Source: Acidimicrobiaceae bacterium (GTDB taxonomy: Bacteria; Actinomycetota; Acidimicrobiia; Acidimicrobiales; MedAcidi-G1). From it: a stretch of 64,000 nt of DNA. Positions within the stretch are counted from its first letter, which is position 1, and each line of letters opens with the position of its first letter. Below the pieces are notes generated by a model. The model searched no databases. It saw nothing but the letters and a program-made list of their open reading frames with translations, and was not told where the DNA came from. Below are positions 1-8,243 of this stretch, piece after piece. The position numbers and the translations under genes were made by a program. The stretch lies in contig NZBE01000019.1 of assembly GCA_002687745.1 (NCBI GenBank), forward strand, positions 50,566-114,565. The letters are read 5' to 3'.

Positions 1-105
1 GTTGACCTCCTTCGGCGTCAGGGCATCAGCGCAGTGAACGTCGCAGGTGGCACAGCCGCCTGGATTGAGAGCGGACGGGCAGTTGAGACAGGGGAAACGA
101 CCTGA
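1..105 (+). CDS. Rhodanese-like domain protein, C-terminal fragment (5' end outside window)
   Basis: Frame 1 is open from base 1 to TGA 103-105 and reads VDLLRRQGISAVNVAGGTAAWIESGRAVETGETT. The GG-x2-AW...G tail is typical of the C-terminus of single-domain rhodanese sulfurtransferases. Confidence 0.5.
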   Translation, partial: VDLLRRQGISAVNVAGGTAAWIESGRAVETGETT

Positions 106-197
106 GTCCCCAACCGAAGCTGACCTGGGACCTGCTTACCGAACAGGCCGCACTGCTCTCACTCCTCGAAACCCTCAGCGGCGAGGAGCGGATTGCC

Positions 198-1268
198 GTG
201 GACACCGAGTTCCATCGGGAACGAACCTATTACCCGAAGGCGGCGCTCATCCAGATCGCCTGGCCCGGAGGGCTGGTCCTGCTCGACCCTCTTGAGCTGG
301 ATCTGGCACCACTGGCCGCTCTCATGGAGTCCGACGCACTCTGGGTGATGCACGCAGCGGGCCAGGACATCGAGGTATTCCAGCGGGTCTGTGGAACCGC
401 CCCACGGCACCTTTTTGACACACAGTTGGCTGCCGGATTCAAGGGCATGTCATCGCCGTCCCTGTCGGCCCTGCATCAGCACGAACTTGGCTTCAAGCTC
501 TCCAAGGGTGACCGGTTGACCGACTGGTTGGCTCGCCCGCTGACCGAATCACAGATGGAATATGCGGCATCCGACGTGGCCCATCTGCTGGAGATTCACG
601 ATCGCCTGACAACAGAACTCGATGAGAGGGGGCGTCTCGCCTGGGCTGTCGCTGAATGCGAGGAGCTCCTCGCACGCGAGACAACCAGGCGCATACCCGA
701 GGACGCCTGGCGACGGATCAAGGAGGCCCGGAGTCTGAGCGGCAAAGCACTCCTGATGGTCCGTTCCGTAGCCGCATGGAGAGAACACAGGGCCGCCGAG
801 ATGGACATCCCTGTCCGCCACGTACTTCCGGACCTCGCGGTAGTGGCAATCGCCCAGAAGGCACCGGCGACACGTGAGGCCCTGAAGAAGATCAGGGGCG
901 TCGACGGAAGACACCTCAAGGGCGAAACCGCAGAGGGAATCCTGAAGGCGGTTGCCACCGCCGCTGACCTCCCACCTCTGGAGTCCGGCGACTACCGAAA
1001 GCAGGGCCGACAAAGGGACCTGAGGGCAGCGGTGACGCTCGTCTCGGCATGGGTGGCGCAACTCGCCCGCGACCTCGAAATGGACCCCGCCCTGGTCGGC
1101 ACCCGATCCGACATCGAAGCCCTGGTCGGCAACGACAAGGGCTCCCGCATGGCCCATGGATGGCGTCACGAACTTGTGGGAGAACCGGTCGAGGAACTCC
1201 TCTCCGGCCGAACTGCGCTGGCCTTCGACGGCGAGGGAGAACTCGTCCTCGTTCCACACAACGGTTGA
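198..1268 (+). CDS. rnd: Ribonuclease D (DEDD 3'-5' exonuclease plus HRDC region)
   Basis: Exo motifs AVDTEF, HAAGQDIEVF and YAASDVAHL, followed by an HRDC-like helical region. The ORF-track GTG 198 start puts the first catalytic Asp at residue 2, so the true start is probably upstream (CTG 102 or 120; see findings). Confidence 0.85.
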   Translation: MDTEFHRERTYYPKAALIQIAWPGGLVLLDPLELDLAPLAALMESDALWVMHAAGQDIEVFQRVCGTAPRHLFDTQLAAGFKGMSSPSLSALHQHELGFKLSKGDRLTDWLARPLTESQMEYAASDVAHLLEIHDRLTTELDERGRLAWAVAECEELLARETTRRIPEDAWRRIKEARSLSGKALLMVRSVAAWREHRAAEMDIPVRHVLPDLAVVAIAQKAPATREALKKIRGVDGRHLKGETAEGILKAVATAADLPPLESGDYRKQGRQRDLRAAVTLVSAWVAQLARDLEMDPALVGTRSDIEALVGNDKGSRMAHGWRHELVGEPVEELLSGRTALAFDGEGELVLVPHNG

Positions 1269-1361
1269 ACGGTTCCGTCAGGGCCCTCGGCTGCTGCTAA
1301 ACCCCGGGTTCGCAGGGGTAGGCTCTAGGTTCGTTTCTGACCAGACATTGGAGAACCAACG

Positions 1362-1574
1362 GTGAAGAAGGGTCGACATCGCCGCTTCGAAGAAGCGAGG
1401 GCACTCAAGCGAAACCAGGACCTCGACCTCGACTCGATATTCGACAGCCTGAGCGACACCCGGGACGGCCAGTCAGGCTCGGGTGAGTCGACGGCGTCTG
1501 GTTCACGGTCTGACGATTTTGAGAGCGAAGAGCAGGCGGATACCGACGACGGGGCGACAACAGACCAGAGTTGA
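1362..1574 (+). CDS. Hypothetical small protein (basic N-terminus, acidic Ser/Asp-rich tail)
   Basis: GTG start preceded by GGAGAA about 6 nt upstream. 70 aa (MKKGRHRRFEEARALKR... then D/E/S-rich). I recognised no family. Confidence 0.45.
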   Translation: MKKGRHRRFEEARALKRNQDLDLDSIFDSLSDTRDGQSGSGESTASGSRSDDFESEEQADTDDGATTDQS

Positions 1575-1605
1575 CCGCAGCGCGGCAGTCGCCGCGAAGC
1601 CCCGG

Positions 1606-3333
1606 TCAGCCCCCGGTCTCCTCGAGAATCTCGTCCAGTTTGAGGATGTCCTCATCTCGGAGGACCCCGATGAAGCGCTGCTCCGCGTCGGTTACAGCCA
1701 GCACGTCAACGGCTGCCTCCTCCATGGCCATGACGGCGTCACGGAGGGTCCACGAGGGGAGAACCGCGGGCAGGTCTGTCCTGAGAACCTCGCTGACCGG
1801 CGTGGTGTCCCAGTCCGCCCGGTCGAGGTCAGATACCTCAGACAGGCTGACCATTCCCAGGTAGCTTCCACCGTCGACCACTGCGACCACACGTTCACGG
1901 CGGGCCAGGACATGGAGGTAGACGAACTCGGCCGCTGTGGCATCCGGAGGAACCGTCAAGACCTCGGTGGTGAGGGCTGAGGTAACCGGCAACGTGAAGC
2001 GCCGCTCCAGGTGGCCCAGCCTCACGCTCTGTTGGTGTTCTGCAACCGAGGATGGCCCCGCAACCACCTGGCTTACGGCGGCCGCAACAAGGGCAGGTAC
2101 CACAAAGGAACCACCGGACACCTCAGCAACAAACATCACAGCTGCGATAGGTGCCCGGTAACCGGCACCGAGAAACGCCGCCAGCCCCAGGGTCGGATAG
2201 AGACCGGGTCGATCGCTGCCGAGGATCTGTCCTGTCAACTGGCCAAGGACCACTCCCTGCACCGCGAGGGGAATGAAGAGACCGCCAACGCCTCCGGATC
2301 CGAGGGTAATGAGGGTTGCTGCCATTCGGAATCCGAACAACAGCGCAATCAGGCCAAGCCCGTGGTCAGGTCCGACCACCCAGTCCATTGCCTCGAATCC
2401 AGGACCGATGGTGAGCGGTGCGCCAAAGAGCACGTCGGCAAGCAGGGCGAGTGCAGCGAGGAGCACAGCGCCGACGACGACCCTCGGGACGAAGCCCGTC
2501 TGCCTGGAGCGGGCCTTTGACCACCGGACCAGCCAAGCCATGGAGCGACCTCCGAGGCCGGCAAGGACCCCCAACAGGATCGCACCGAAGACATCGGCGG
2601 TCTCCACCTCCGTGAAGAAGCCCGCCAGGTCATCTGCTGTGAACCAGAGCTGGTCCTGGTCGAATCCCAACCTGTTGGCAGGGTTGTTGAGGAAGGGCAC
2701 GACAGCCCTTGAGCCGACCAGGTTGATGTAGACGACGTAGCTGCTGGCTGCGGCAAGAAGGGACGGCAACAGCGCACGGCGGTTGACATCATCTCGGTAC
2801 GGTGCCTCGAGGGCGAAGAGCACACCGGTGGCCGGGGCCTTGAACACGGCGGCTACCCCAGCAGCGGCACCGGCTGTCAGGAGAACCTTGACATCGTCCC
2901 GGCTCAGCCAGCGTGCGAACCGGTCCCGCACAGTGAGGCCAACGGTGGCACCGGTGTAGATAGATGGACCCTCAAGGCCGAGAGCGCCACCCGTGCCAAT
3001 GGTCACGGCCCCGGCCAGAAGCTTTGCAGGTAGGTCGCGGAGGGGCAGCCTGGGAGACCTGTCGTGGAACGCCCGGATGAACTCGTCGGATGTCGCCGAG
3101 GTGCCGCCCCTGCCCGGATAGCGCAGGATCAGCGAAGCCAGCAGGATTCCGATGCCCGGAGCAGCAGCTATCTGCCAGAGCGGCAACTGCTGCAGCCGAT
3201 GCAGGAGAACCTCGGCAGCCAGGAACTCGAAGCCGGCGATGAGGACAGCGACGACGACGCCGGTTGCGACAGACAGGGCCAGCACAGGGGTGTTCCCCCG
3301 TGTCGCCAGATTCCCGAGCCTGCTCATGCCCAT
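1606..3333 (-). CDS. ClC-family voltage-gated chloride channel/antiporter with C-terminal CBS pair
   Basis: Selectivity-filter motifs GLEGPSIY (GxEGP) and GGLFIPLA (GxFxP), multiple TM helices, and a C-terminal tandem CBS-like region. Confidence 0.9.
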   Translation of the reverse strand: MGMSRLGNLATRGNTPVLALSVATGVVVAVLIAGFEFLAAEVLLHRLQQLPLWQIAAAPGIGILLASLILRYPGRGGTSATSDEFIRAFHDRSPRLPLRDLPAKLLAGAVTIGTGGALGLEGPSIYTGATVGLTVRDRFARWLSRDDVKVLLTAGAAAGVAAVFKAPATGVLFALEAPYRDDVNRRALLPSLLAAASSYVVYINLVGSRAVVPFLNNPANRLGFDQDQLWFTADDLAGFFTEVETADVFGAILLGVLAGLGGRSMAWLVRWSKARSRQTGFVPRVVVGAVLLAALALLADVLFGAPLTIGPGFEAMDWVVGPDHGLGLIALLFGFRMAATLITLGSGGVGGLFIPLAVQGVVLGQLTGQILGSDRPGLYPTLGLAAFLGAGYRAPIAAVMFVAEVSGGSFVVPALVAAAVSQVVAGPSSVAEHQQSVRLGHLERRFTLPVTSALTTEVLTVPPDATAAEFVYLHVLARRERVVAVVDGGSYLGMVSLSEVSDLDRADWDTTPVSEVLRTDLPAVLPSWTLRDAVMAMEEAAVDVLAVTDAEQRFIGVLRDEDILKLDEILEETGG

Positions 3334-3412
3334 CTTCCTACACGTTCAGTCGCTTCCTTCCTCGTACCCCTCGGTAGTGGTTTTCCGCCTTCACGGTGGG
3401 CAGAATGTCCCT

Positions 3413-4867
3413 ATGGCCCGAGAGGTACCCGCAGGAACCGCCGATCTGGTGGCTGATCTGGTCGCGGCGATTGGAGCCGACCGTGTCGCGGCCGGCGGGG
3501 GAGCCCGTCATCTCTACGCTCGCGACAGCTCGATCATCGAGGGTGGCCACAGCGGGCCGGTCTGCTTCCCGGGCTCGACCGACCAGGTTGCCGACTGTGT
3601 GAGGGTGGCCGTCGCCCATGGTCGTGATTTTGTTCCCCGGGGTGCGGGCACGGGGCTGTCCGGAGGAGCCGTTCCATGCAACGACCCCGTTGTGATAGCG
3701 ACCACACGGATGAACCAGATTCATGAAGTCGACGTTGAACGGCGTATCGCCTGGGTCGGGCCGGGGGTCGTGAATCTGGATCTGACAAGACACCTTGCGG
3801 GCACCGGGCTGCACTTTGCCCCCGACCCCTCGAGCCAGCAGGCCAGCACAATCGGCGGCAACCTTGCGAACAACTCCGGAGGGCCCCACTGCCTTGCCTA
3901 CGGGGTGACAAGCGCACACGTGGCGGCAGTCGAGGTGGTGCTGTCAGACGCCAGCACCGTGGTCCTGGGTGAAGAGGTAGGCGATGCGGTCGGCTACGAC
4001 CTGCGCGGAGCCTTCGTGGGCGGCGAAGGCACGCTCGGAGTTGCAACCAGGATCGCTGTCAGGCTGACCCCCGATCCGCCGGTCGTGATGACCCTGCTGT
4101 TGGACTTCAAGTCGATAGTCGATGCCGCCGAAGCGGTCACCGGCATTATCGCCGCCGGCATAGTTCCGGCGGCCCTTGAGATCATGGACCAGAAGGTGGT
4201 CCATGCGGTCGAGAAGTTCGTCAGTGCCGGCTACCCGTTAGACGCCGGAGCTGTTCTCATCGTGGAACTTGACGGCCTCCCCGCCGGTGTTGCCCGAGAA
4301 GTCGAGATCGTCAAGCGGGTAGGTGCCGACAACGGGGTCGGTACGGTCCGGGTGGCTGCCGACAATGCCGAACGGGAACTCATCTGGAAGGGCCGAAAGA
4401 ACGCCTTTGGGGCGATAGCCCACATCGCGCCCCGCTACTACCTCCACGACACGGTGGTGCCCCGCACCCGACTGGCAGAGGTCATCGAACAGGTCAACGC
4501 CGCCGCCGAACGCCACGACCTGATCGTGATGAACGTCTTCCATGCCGGCGACGGGAACCTGCACCCACTGCTTATGTTCGATCCCCGTGAGCCGGGGACC
4601 TTGGAAAGGGTCCATGCCGCCGGCGAGGAGATCGTACGGATCGCCATTGAGGCCGGAGGCGTCTTGTCTGGCGAACATGGGATTGGCCTGGAGAAACGTC
4701 GCTTCATGTCCCTGCTCTTTTCCCCGGATGACCTTGCCGCCCAGCGGGCCCTGCGCGATGCCTTCGATCCGCTGGGCCGCGCCAACCCCCTCAAGGTCTT
4801 CCCGACGGGTGCAAGTTGCGGTGACGTGGCGGGCCTGACAGAGGTTCCCGAGGGAGTCTGGGTGTGA
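3413..4867 (+). CDS. glcD: Glycolate oxidase subunit GlcD (FAD-linked oxidase)
   Basis: FAD-binding PCMH motif PRGAGTGLSGGAVP and C-terminal GGVLSGEHGIGLEKR. The ORF-track extension 3152-3412 overlaps the divergent ClC gene, so I set the start at ATG 3413 (MAREVPAG...). Confidence 0.85.
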   Translation: MAREVPAGTADLVADLVAAIGADRVAAGGGARHLYARDSSIIEGGHSGPVCFPGSTDQVADCVRVAVAHGRDFVPRGAGTGLSGGAVPCNDPVVIATTRMNQIHEVDVERRIAWVGPGVVNLDLTRHLAGTGLHFAPDPSSQQASTIGGNLANNSGGPHCLAYGVTSAHVAAVEVVLSDASTVVLGEEVGDAVGYDLRGAFVGGEGTLGVATRIAVRLTPDPPVVMTLLLDFKSIVDAAEAVTGIIAAGIVPAALEIMDQKVVHAVEKFVSAGYPLDAGAVLIVELDGLPAGVAREVEIVKRVGADNGVGTVRVAADNAERELIWKGRKNAFGAIAHIAPRYYLHDTVVPRTRLAEVIEQVNAAAERHDLIVMNVFHAGDGNLHPLLMFDPREPGTLERVHAAGEEIVRIAIEAGGVLSGEHGIGLEKRRFMSLLFSPDDLAAQRALRDAFDPLGRANPLKVFPTGASCGDVAGLTEVPEGVWV

Positions 4868-5748
4868 ACTCGATGGAGGACTTCCGTGCAGAGGTCGGGT
4901 CCAGTGGCCCCGTGTGTGTCAAGGGAGGCGGCACACGATGGAGCCTCGGGGGAGAGGCCAACACCACCGCCAGGGTTGTGCATGCACCCGACGGAATCGA
5001 CTCCCACGACCCGGCTGAGATGACCGTTGCGGTCTGGGCCGGTACCACCCTCATGACCCTGGCAGAGGTGCTGGCAGAGAAGCGCCAGGAGGTGGTCCTT
5101 GACGGGCCACCGGGCTCAACCGTGGGCGGTTCCCTCTCGGTCGGCTGGAACAGCATCAGGCGTCAACGCATCGGAACGGCCCGCGACTCCCTCCTTCAGG
5201 CCGAGTGTGTCGGGGCCGACGGAAGGATCTTCAAGGCCGGCGGCCCAACCGTGAAGAACGCCAGCGGATACGAGCTGTGCCGCCTCCTCGTCGGCTCCCT
5301 CGGGACCCTTGCCTTGACGGGTCGAGTGATCCTCCGGACGAGGCCACTGCCGGAGTGCTCGCTCTGGCTTCGAGGGGCCATGTCGCCTGTCGAGGTGGAG
5401 CGCTCCTGCTACCGGCCGTCGAGCATCCTCTGGGACGGAAGCAACAGCCACGTGTGCCTCGAGGGCTATGGGGCTGACGTGGAAAGCGAAGCCGAAGGTC
5501 TCGCCGAGCACGGCATGGTCGAGGTGGCAGGGCCGCCGGACCTGCCACCAGACCGCGACAGGTGGAGCGGCGACCTGCCCCAAGGGGCGGTCCTGGATGT
5601 GGCGACCGGTGTGGTCCACCGCCACGGGAGCACGGTCGCTCCAGAGGTGGATCCCGCAGTGAAGGCCATTGCACGCCGGCTGAAGACGAACTTCGACCCA
5701 CAGGGCCGCCTCAATCCGGGCCGTGACCCGTACCAGATATCGGCATGA
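4864..5748 (+). CDS. glcE: Glycolate oxidase FAD-binding subunit GlcE-like
   Basis: Lies between glcD and glcF with 4-nt overlaps at both ends (GTGA, ATGA). FAD-binding-domain-like sequence (VCVKGGGTRWSLGG...). Confidence 0.7.
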   Translation: MNSMEDFRAEVGSSGPVCVKGGGTRWSLGGEANTTARVVHAPDGIDSHDPAEMTVAVWAGTTLMTLAEVLAEKRQEVVLDGPPGSTVGGSLSVGWNSIRRQRIGTARDSLLQAECVGADGRIFKAGGPTVKNASGYELCRLLVGSLGTLALTGRVILRTRPLPECSLWLRGAMSPVEVERSCYRPSSILWDGSNSHVCLEGYGADVESEAEGLAEHGMVEVAGPPDLPPDRDRWSGDLPQGAVLDVATGVVHRHGSTVAPEVDPAVKAIARRLKTNFDPQGRLNPGRDPYQISA

Positions 5749-6983
5749 GCAGTCCTTCGTACACAGAATTGCTGGATCTCGACAGCGGCTCCCTGACAAC
5801 GTGTGTGGCATGTGGCCTGTGTCTGCCACACTGCCCGACCTTCAGGCTCACCGGCGACGAACGGATGTCACCCCGGGGACGAATTGCGCTGATGCGAGCG
5901 CTCCAGACCGGCGAAGTGGCCTGTGACGATGAGTGGTACAGCTCAATGGAGACATGTATCCAGTGTCGTGGCTGCGAGGCGGCGTGCCCTGCGGGCGTAC
6001 CGTTCGGTGAGTTGATCTCGGGCACCCGGACAGCCATCTCCAGGGCCAGACCACTACCGCTCCATCTTCGCCTCGGACTGTGGGGCCTGACAAGGCCGCG
6101 TCTGCTGCTCCTGGGCAGCAGGTTGCTGGCCGTCCTGCAACGCATTCGACTGCTCCCGCGGGTTCCCTTCCTGCCCCGAAAGCTGCCCCTTTCGGGGTCC
6201 AGGCTTCCACGCCGCCCCGAGGGGGACGTCGTCTTGTTCACAGGATGCGTAATGGACGTGTGGCAGCCTGAGGTGCACGACGCCTGCGAGGCTGTGGTTG
6301 AAGCGACGGGATCCACCGTCGTGCGCTCCGGCCCCGGAACAGGGTGTTGTGGCGCCCTGCACGAACACGCCGGCCTCCACGAATCAGCCCGGAAGATGGC
6401 AGAGCACGTGATCGCCTCCCTCTCGGGGGATCAGCAGATTCTGGTTGACTCTGCCGGCTGCGGGGCGGCCCTGAAGGCCTACGGTCATCTGCTCGGACCC
6501 TCCGAGGCGGTGGCGTTCTCAGATCGTGTGCTTGACGTCCACGAGTGGCTGGCGGAACACGGCGACTCGCTGCCACAGGTCGGGTTGGCCGGCCGGCCCG
6601 GTGTGATCGTCCATGACCCGTGTCACCTCCGCCATGTGCAGGGTGCCCACGGTGCGGTCCGGCAGGTTCTGGGGCACTGTTCCGAGGTGGTCGAGTTGAA
6701 CGATGACGGCCTCTGTTGCGGTGCAGGTGGTTCCTATTCCCTGCTGCAACCGGAGCTGGCAGGAGCGGCACGCGATCGCAAGGCTGCTCTGATCAGAGAA
6801 GTTTCAGCGCTCTCCGGTGCAGAGATCGTGGTCAGTGCGAACCCCGGTTGTTCCATGCACCTTGCGACAGCCGGCGTTGAGGTGCTGCACCCGGTGCAGG
6901 TGTTGGCCGGGATGCTCACCTCGCCAGACGCGGTGGGCAGCGGATCAGAAGGTGTGTCCGGGGCGACAGGTCATGGCAGGTGA
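5745..6983 (+). CDS. glcF: Glycolate oxidase iron-sulfur subunit GlcF
   Basis: Two ferredoxin-type motifs (CVACGLCLPHCP, CIQCRGCEAACP) followed by two cysteine-rich CCG domains (GCCGALHE, LCCGAGGSY). Confidence 0.88.
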   Translation: MSSPSYTELLDLDSGSLTTCVACGLCLPHCPTFRLTGDERMSPRGRIALMRALQTGEVACDDEWYSSMETCIQCRGCEAACPAGVPFGELISGTRTAISRARPLPLHLRLGLWGLTRPRLLLLGSRLLAVLQRIRLLPRVPFLPRKLPLSGSRLPRRPEGDVVLFTGCVMDVWQPEVHDACEAVVEATGSTVVRSGPGTGCCGALHEHAGLHESARKMAEHVIASLSGDQQILVDSAGCGAALKAYGHLLGPSEAVAFSDRVLDVHEWLAEHGDSLPQVGLAGRPGVIVHDPCHLRHVQGAHGAVRQVLGHCSEVVELNDDGLCCGAGGSYSLLQPELAGAARDRKAALIREVSALSGAEIVVSANPGCSMHLATAGVEVLHPVQVLAGMLTSPDAVGSGSEGVSGATGHGR

Positions 6984-7170
6984 GTTCGAGGACCTGCGTG
7001 TCCGCCTGGAGGCGATCTCCGAGGAGTTGGCCGATCTCGCAATCTCGCGTCTGCGCGACTCCATTGATGCAGGCGGCACGGAACTGCCGGTCGACGAGCG
7101 CCGTCTAACCAGGGCCCGCCGGGCTGTGCTCAAGGCCGCCCACCTGCTCGAGGAGCAGGACGACGGCTAG
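6973..7170 (+). CDS. Hypothetical 65-aa helical protein
   Basis: ATG 6973 overlaps the end of glcF (MAGEFEDLRVRLEAISEELADL...). Supported only by position and coding look. Confidence 0.35.
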   Translation: MAGEFEDLRVRLEAISEELADLAISRLRDSIDAGGTELPVDERRLTRARRAVLKAAHLLEEQDDG

Positions 7171-8243
7171 GCGCTGTGCGCCTGATCGGCTGAGTTCAGA
7201 CGGTCGATCAACTGTCGTAGTCGGGCGTGGGCATGGCGGTCGAAGTTCATTACCAGACGGGGTAGGGCCAGTTCGTCATTATCGGCCACCTCGGCCCTGG
7301 ATGGTTCAGCCCGCTCGATCCGCCCGTCGACCAACAGGTCGGAGAAGCCGTCGTTCAGATCCGCCAGTTCCTCGTCACCGATCTGGCGTTGCACCCTCAG
7401 GACCAGGCGTTTCCCGACGTACCTCATCGAGTGGTAGGTGCTGTAGAAGCCACAGATGTGATCAGCGGCCGCGACAGGATCATCGGTGGCGAATACGAGC
7501 GAGAGGTCATCTCCCGAGATGAGCCCACCCTCGACCAGTTCCTTTTCGACGAACTCGGTCCAGTAGTCCCAGTAGGTGCTCTCCGGGGGGTCCAGCAGGA
7601 CGACGGGTGCGATGGGGGACTTGCCGGTCTGCATGAGGGTGAGCAGTTCGAATGCCTCGTCCATGGTTCCGAATCCACCAGGCAGCAGCGCATAGCCGTG
7701 TGATTCCTTCATGAACATGACCTTGCGGGTGAAGAAGTAGCGGAAGTTGATCAGCTTGGGGTCGTCGGTTATGACCTCGTTCGCCTCGGACTCGAACGGA
7801 AGCAGGATGTTCACCCCGAAGGAGCGGTCTGCCCCTGCCCCCTCCATGCCGGCAGCCATGATTCCGGGTCCTGCTCCGGTGATTACCATCCAGCCGCGCT
7901 CCGCTATCGCCTCTCCAAACGCAGCGGCTGCCCGGTACGCAGGATCTCCCTCACTGATCCGTGCCGAGCCGAAGATGGTCGCCTTTCTGATGTCCCTGTA
8001 GGGGGCGAACACGGCAAAGGAGTGGCGGAGTTCCTTCAGGGCCGAGTTGACGAGCTTCAGCTCGCCCCTGTCAACGTTCTCGCTGCCGAGGCGGACCGCC
8101 GATACCAGGAGTTCGGCGACCAGGTCGAGATCGCCCGGACGACCGGTTGCCTGCGCCAATTCTTCGACAGCAGAGTCGAGACCCGGGTCGCCGGTGCGGT
8201 AGCGGCCGAGGTGCGCTGCAGGGCGTGGAGGACCACCTGTCAC
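7167..8243 (-). CDS. LOG/TIGR00730-family protein (nucleotide 5'-monophosphate nucleosidase-like), long form
   Basis: IFGSARI, ITGAGPGIMAAGMEGA and the PGGFGTMDE motif. Carries roughly 110-aa N-terminal and 130-aa C-terminal extensions. The GTG start overlaps the fbiC stop (GTGA). Confidence 0.8.
   Translation of the reverse strand: MTGGPPRPAAHLGRYRTGDPGLDSAVEELAQATGRPGDLDLVAELLVSAVRLGSENVDRGELKLVNSALKELRHSFAVFAPYRDIRKATIFGSARISEGDPAYRAAAAFGEAIAERGWMVITGAGPGIMAAGMEGAGADRSFGVNILLPFESEANEVITDDPKLINFRYFFTRKVMFMKESHGYALLPGGFGTMDEAFELLTLMQTGKSPIAPVVLLDPPESTYWDYWTEFVEKELVEGGLISGDDLSLVFATDDPVAAADHICGFYSTYHSMRYVGKRLVLRVQRQIGDEELADLNDGFSDLLVDGRIERAEPSRAEVADNDELALPRLVMNFDRHAHARLRQLIDRLNSADQAHSA

Noticed and set aside
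3152-3412. Long 5' extensions of ORF-track entries: glcD 3152, tal 12077, protease 17893, pafA 24402, echA 38210, dnaQ-like 42578, trkH 52585 and 54123, MTHFS 56024
   Set aside because: The extensions overlap neighbouring genes with strong motifs and translate to Arg/Pro-rich junk. Internal starts matching family N-termini, RBSs or 4-nt stop/start overlaps were preferred.
3334-3412. Possible fluoride riboswitch upstream of the ClC gene
   Set aside because: The 79-nt leader shows none of the crcB-motif conserved stretches that I remember. The channel also has CBS domains, which are atypical of ClC-F exporters.
7167-7170. Convergent genes sharing the palindromic stop CTAG
   Set aside because: This is a trivial consequence of TAG stops on both strands and suggests no functional implication.
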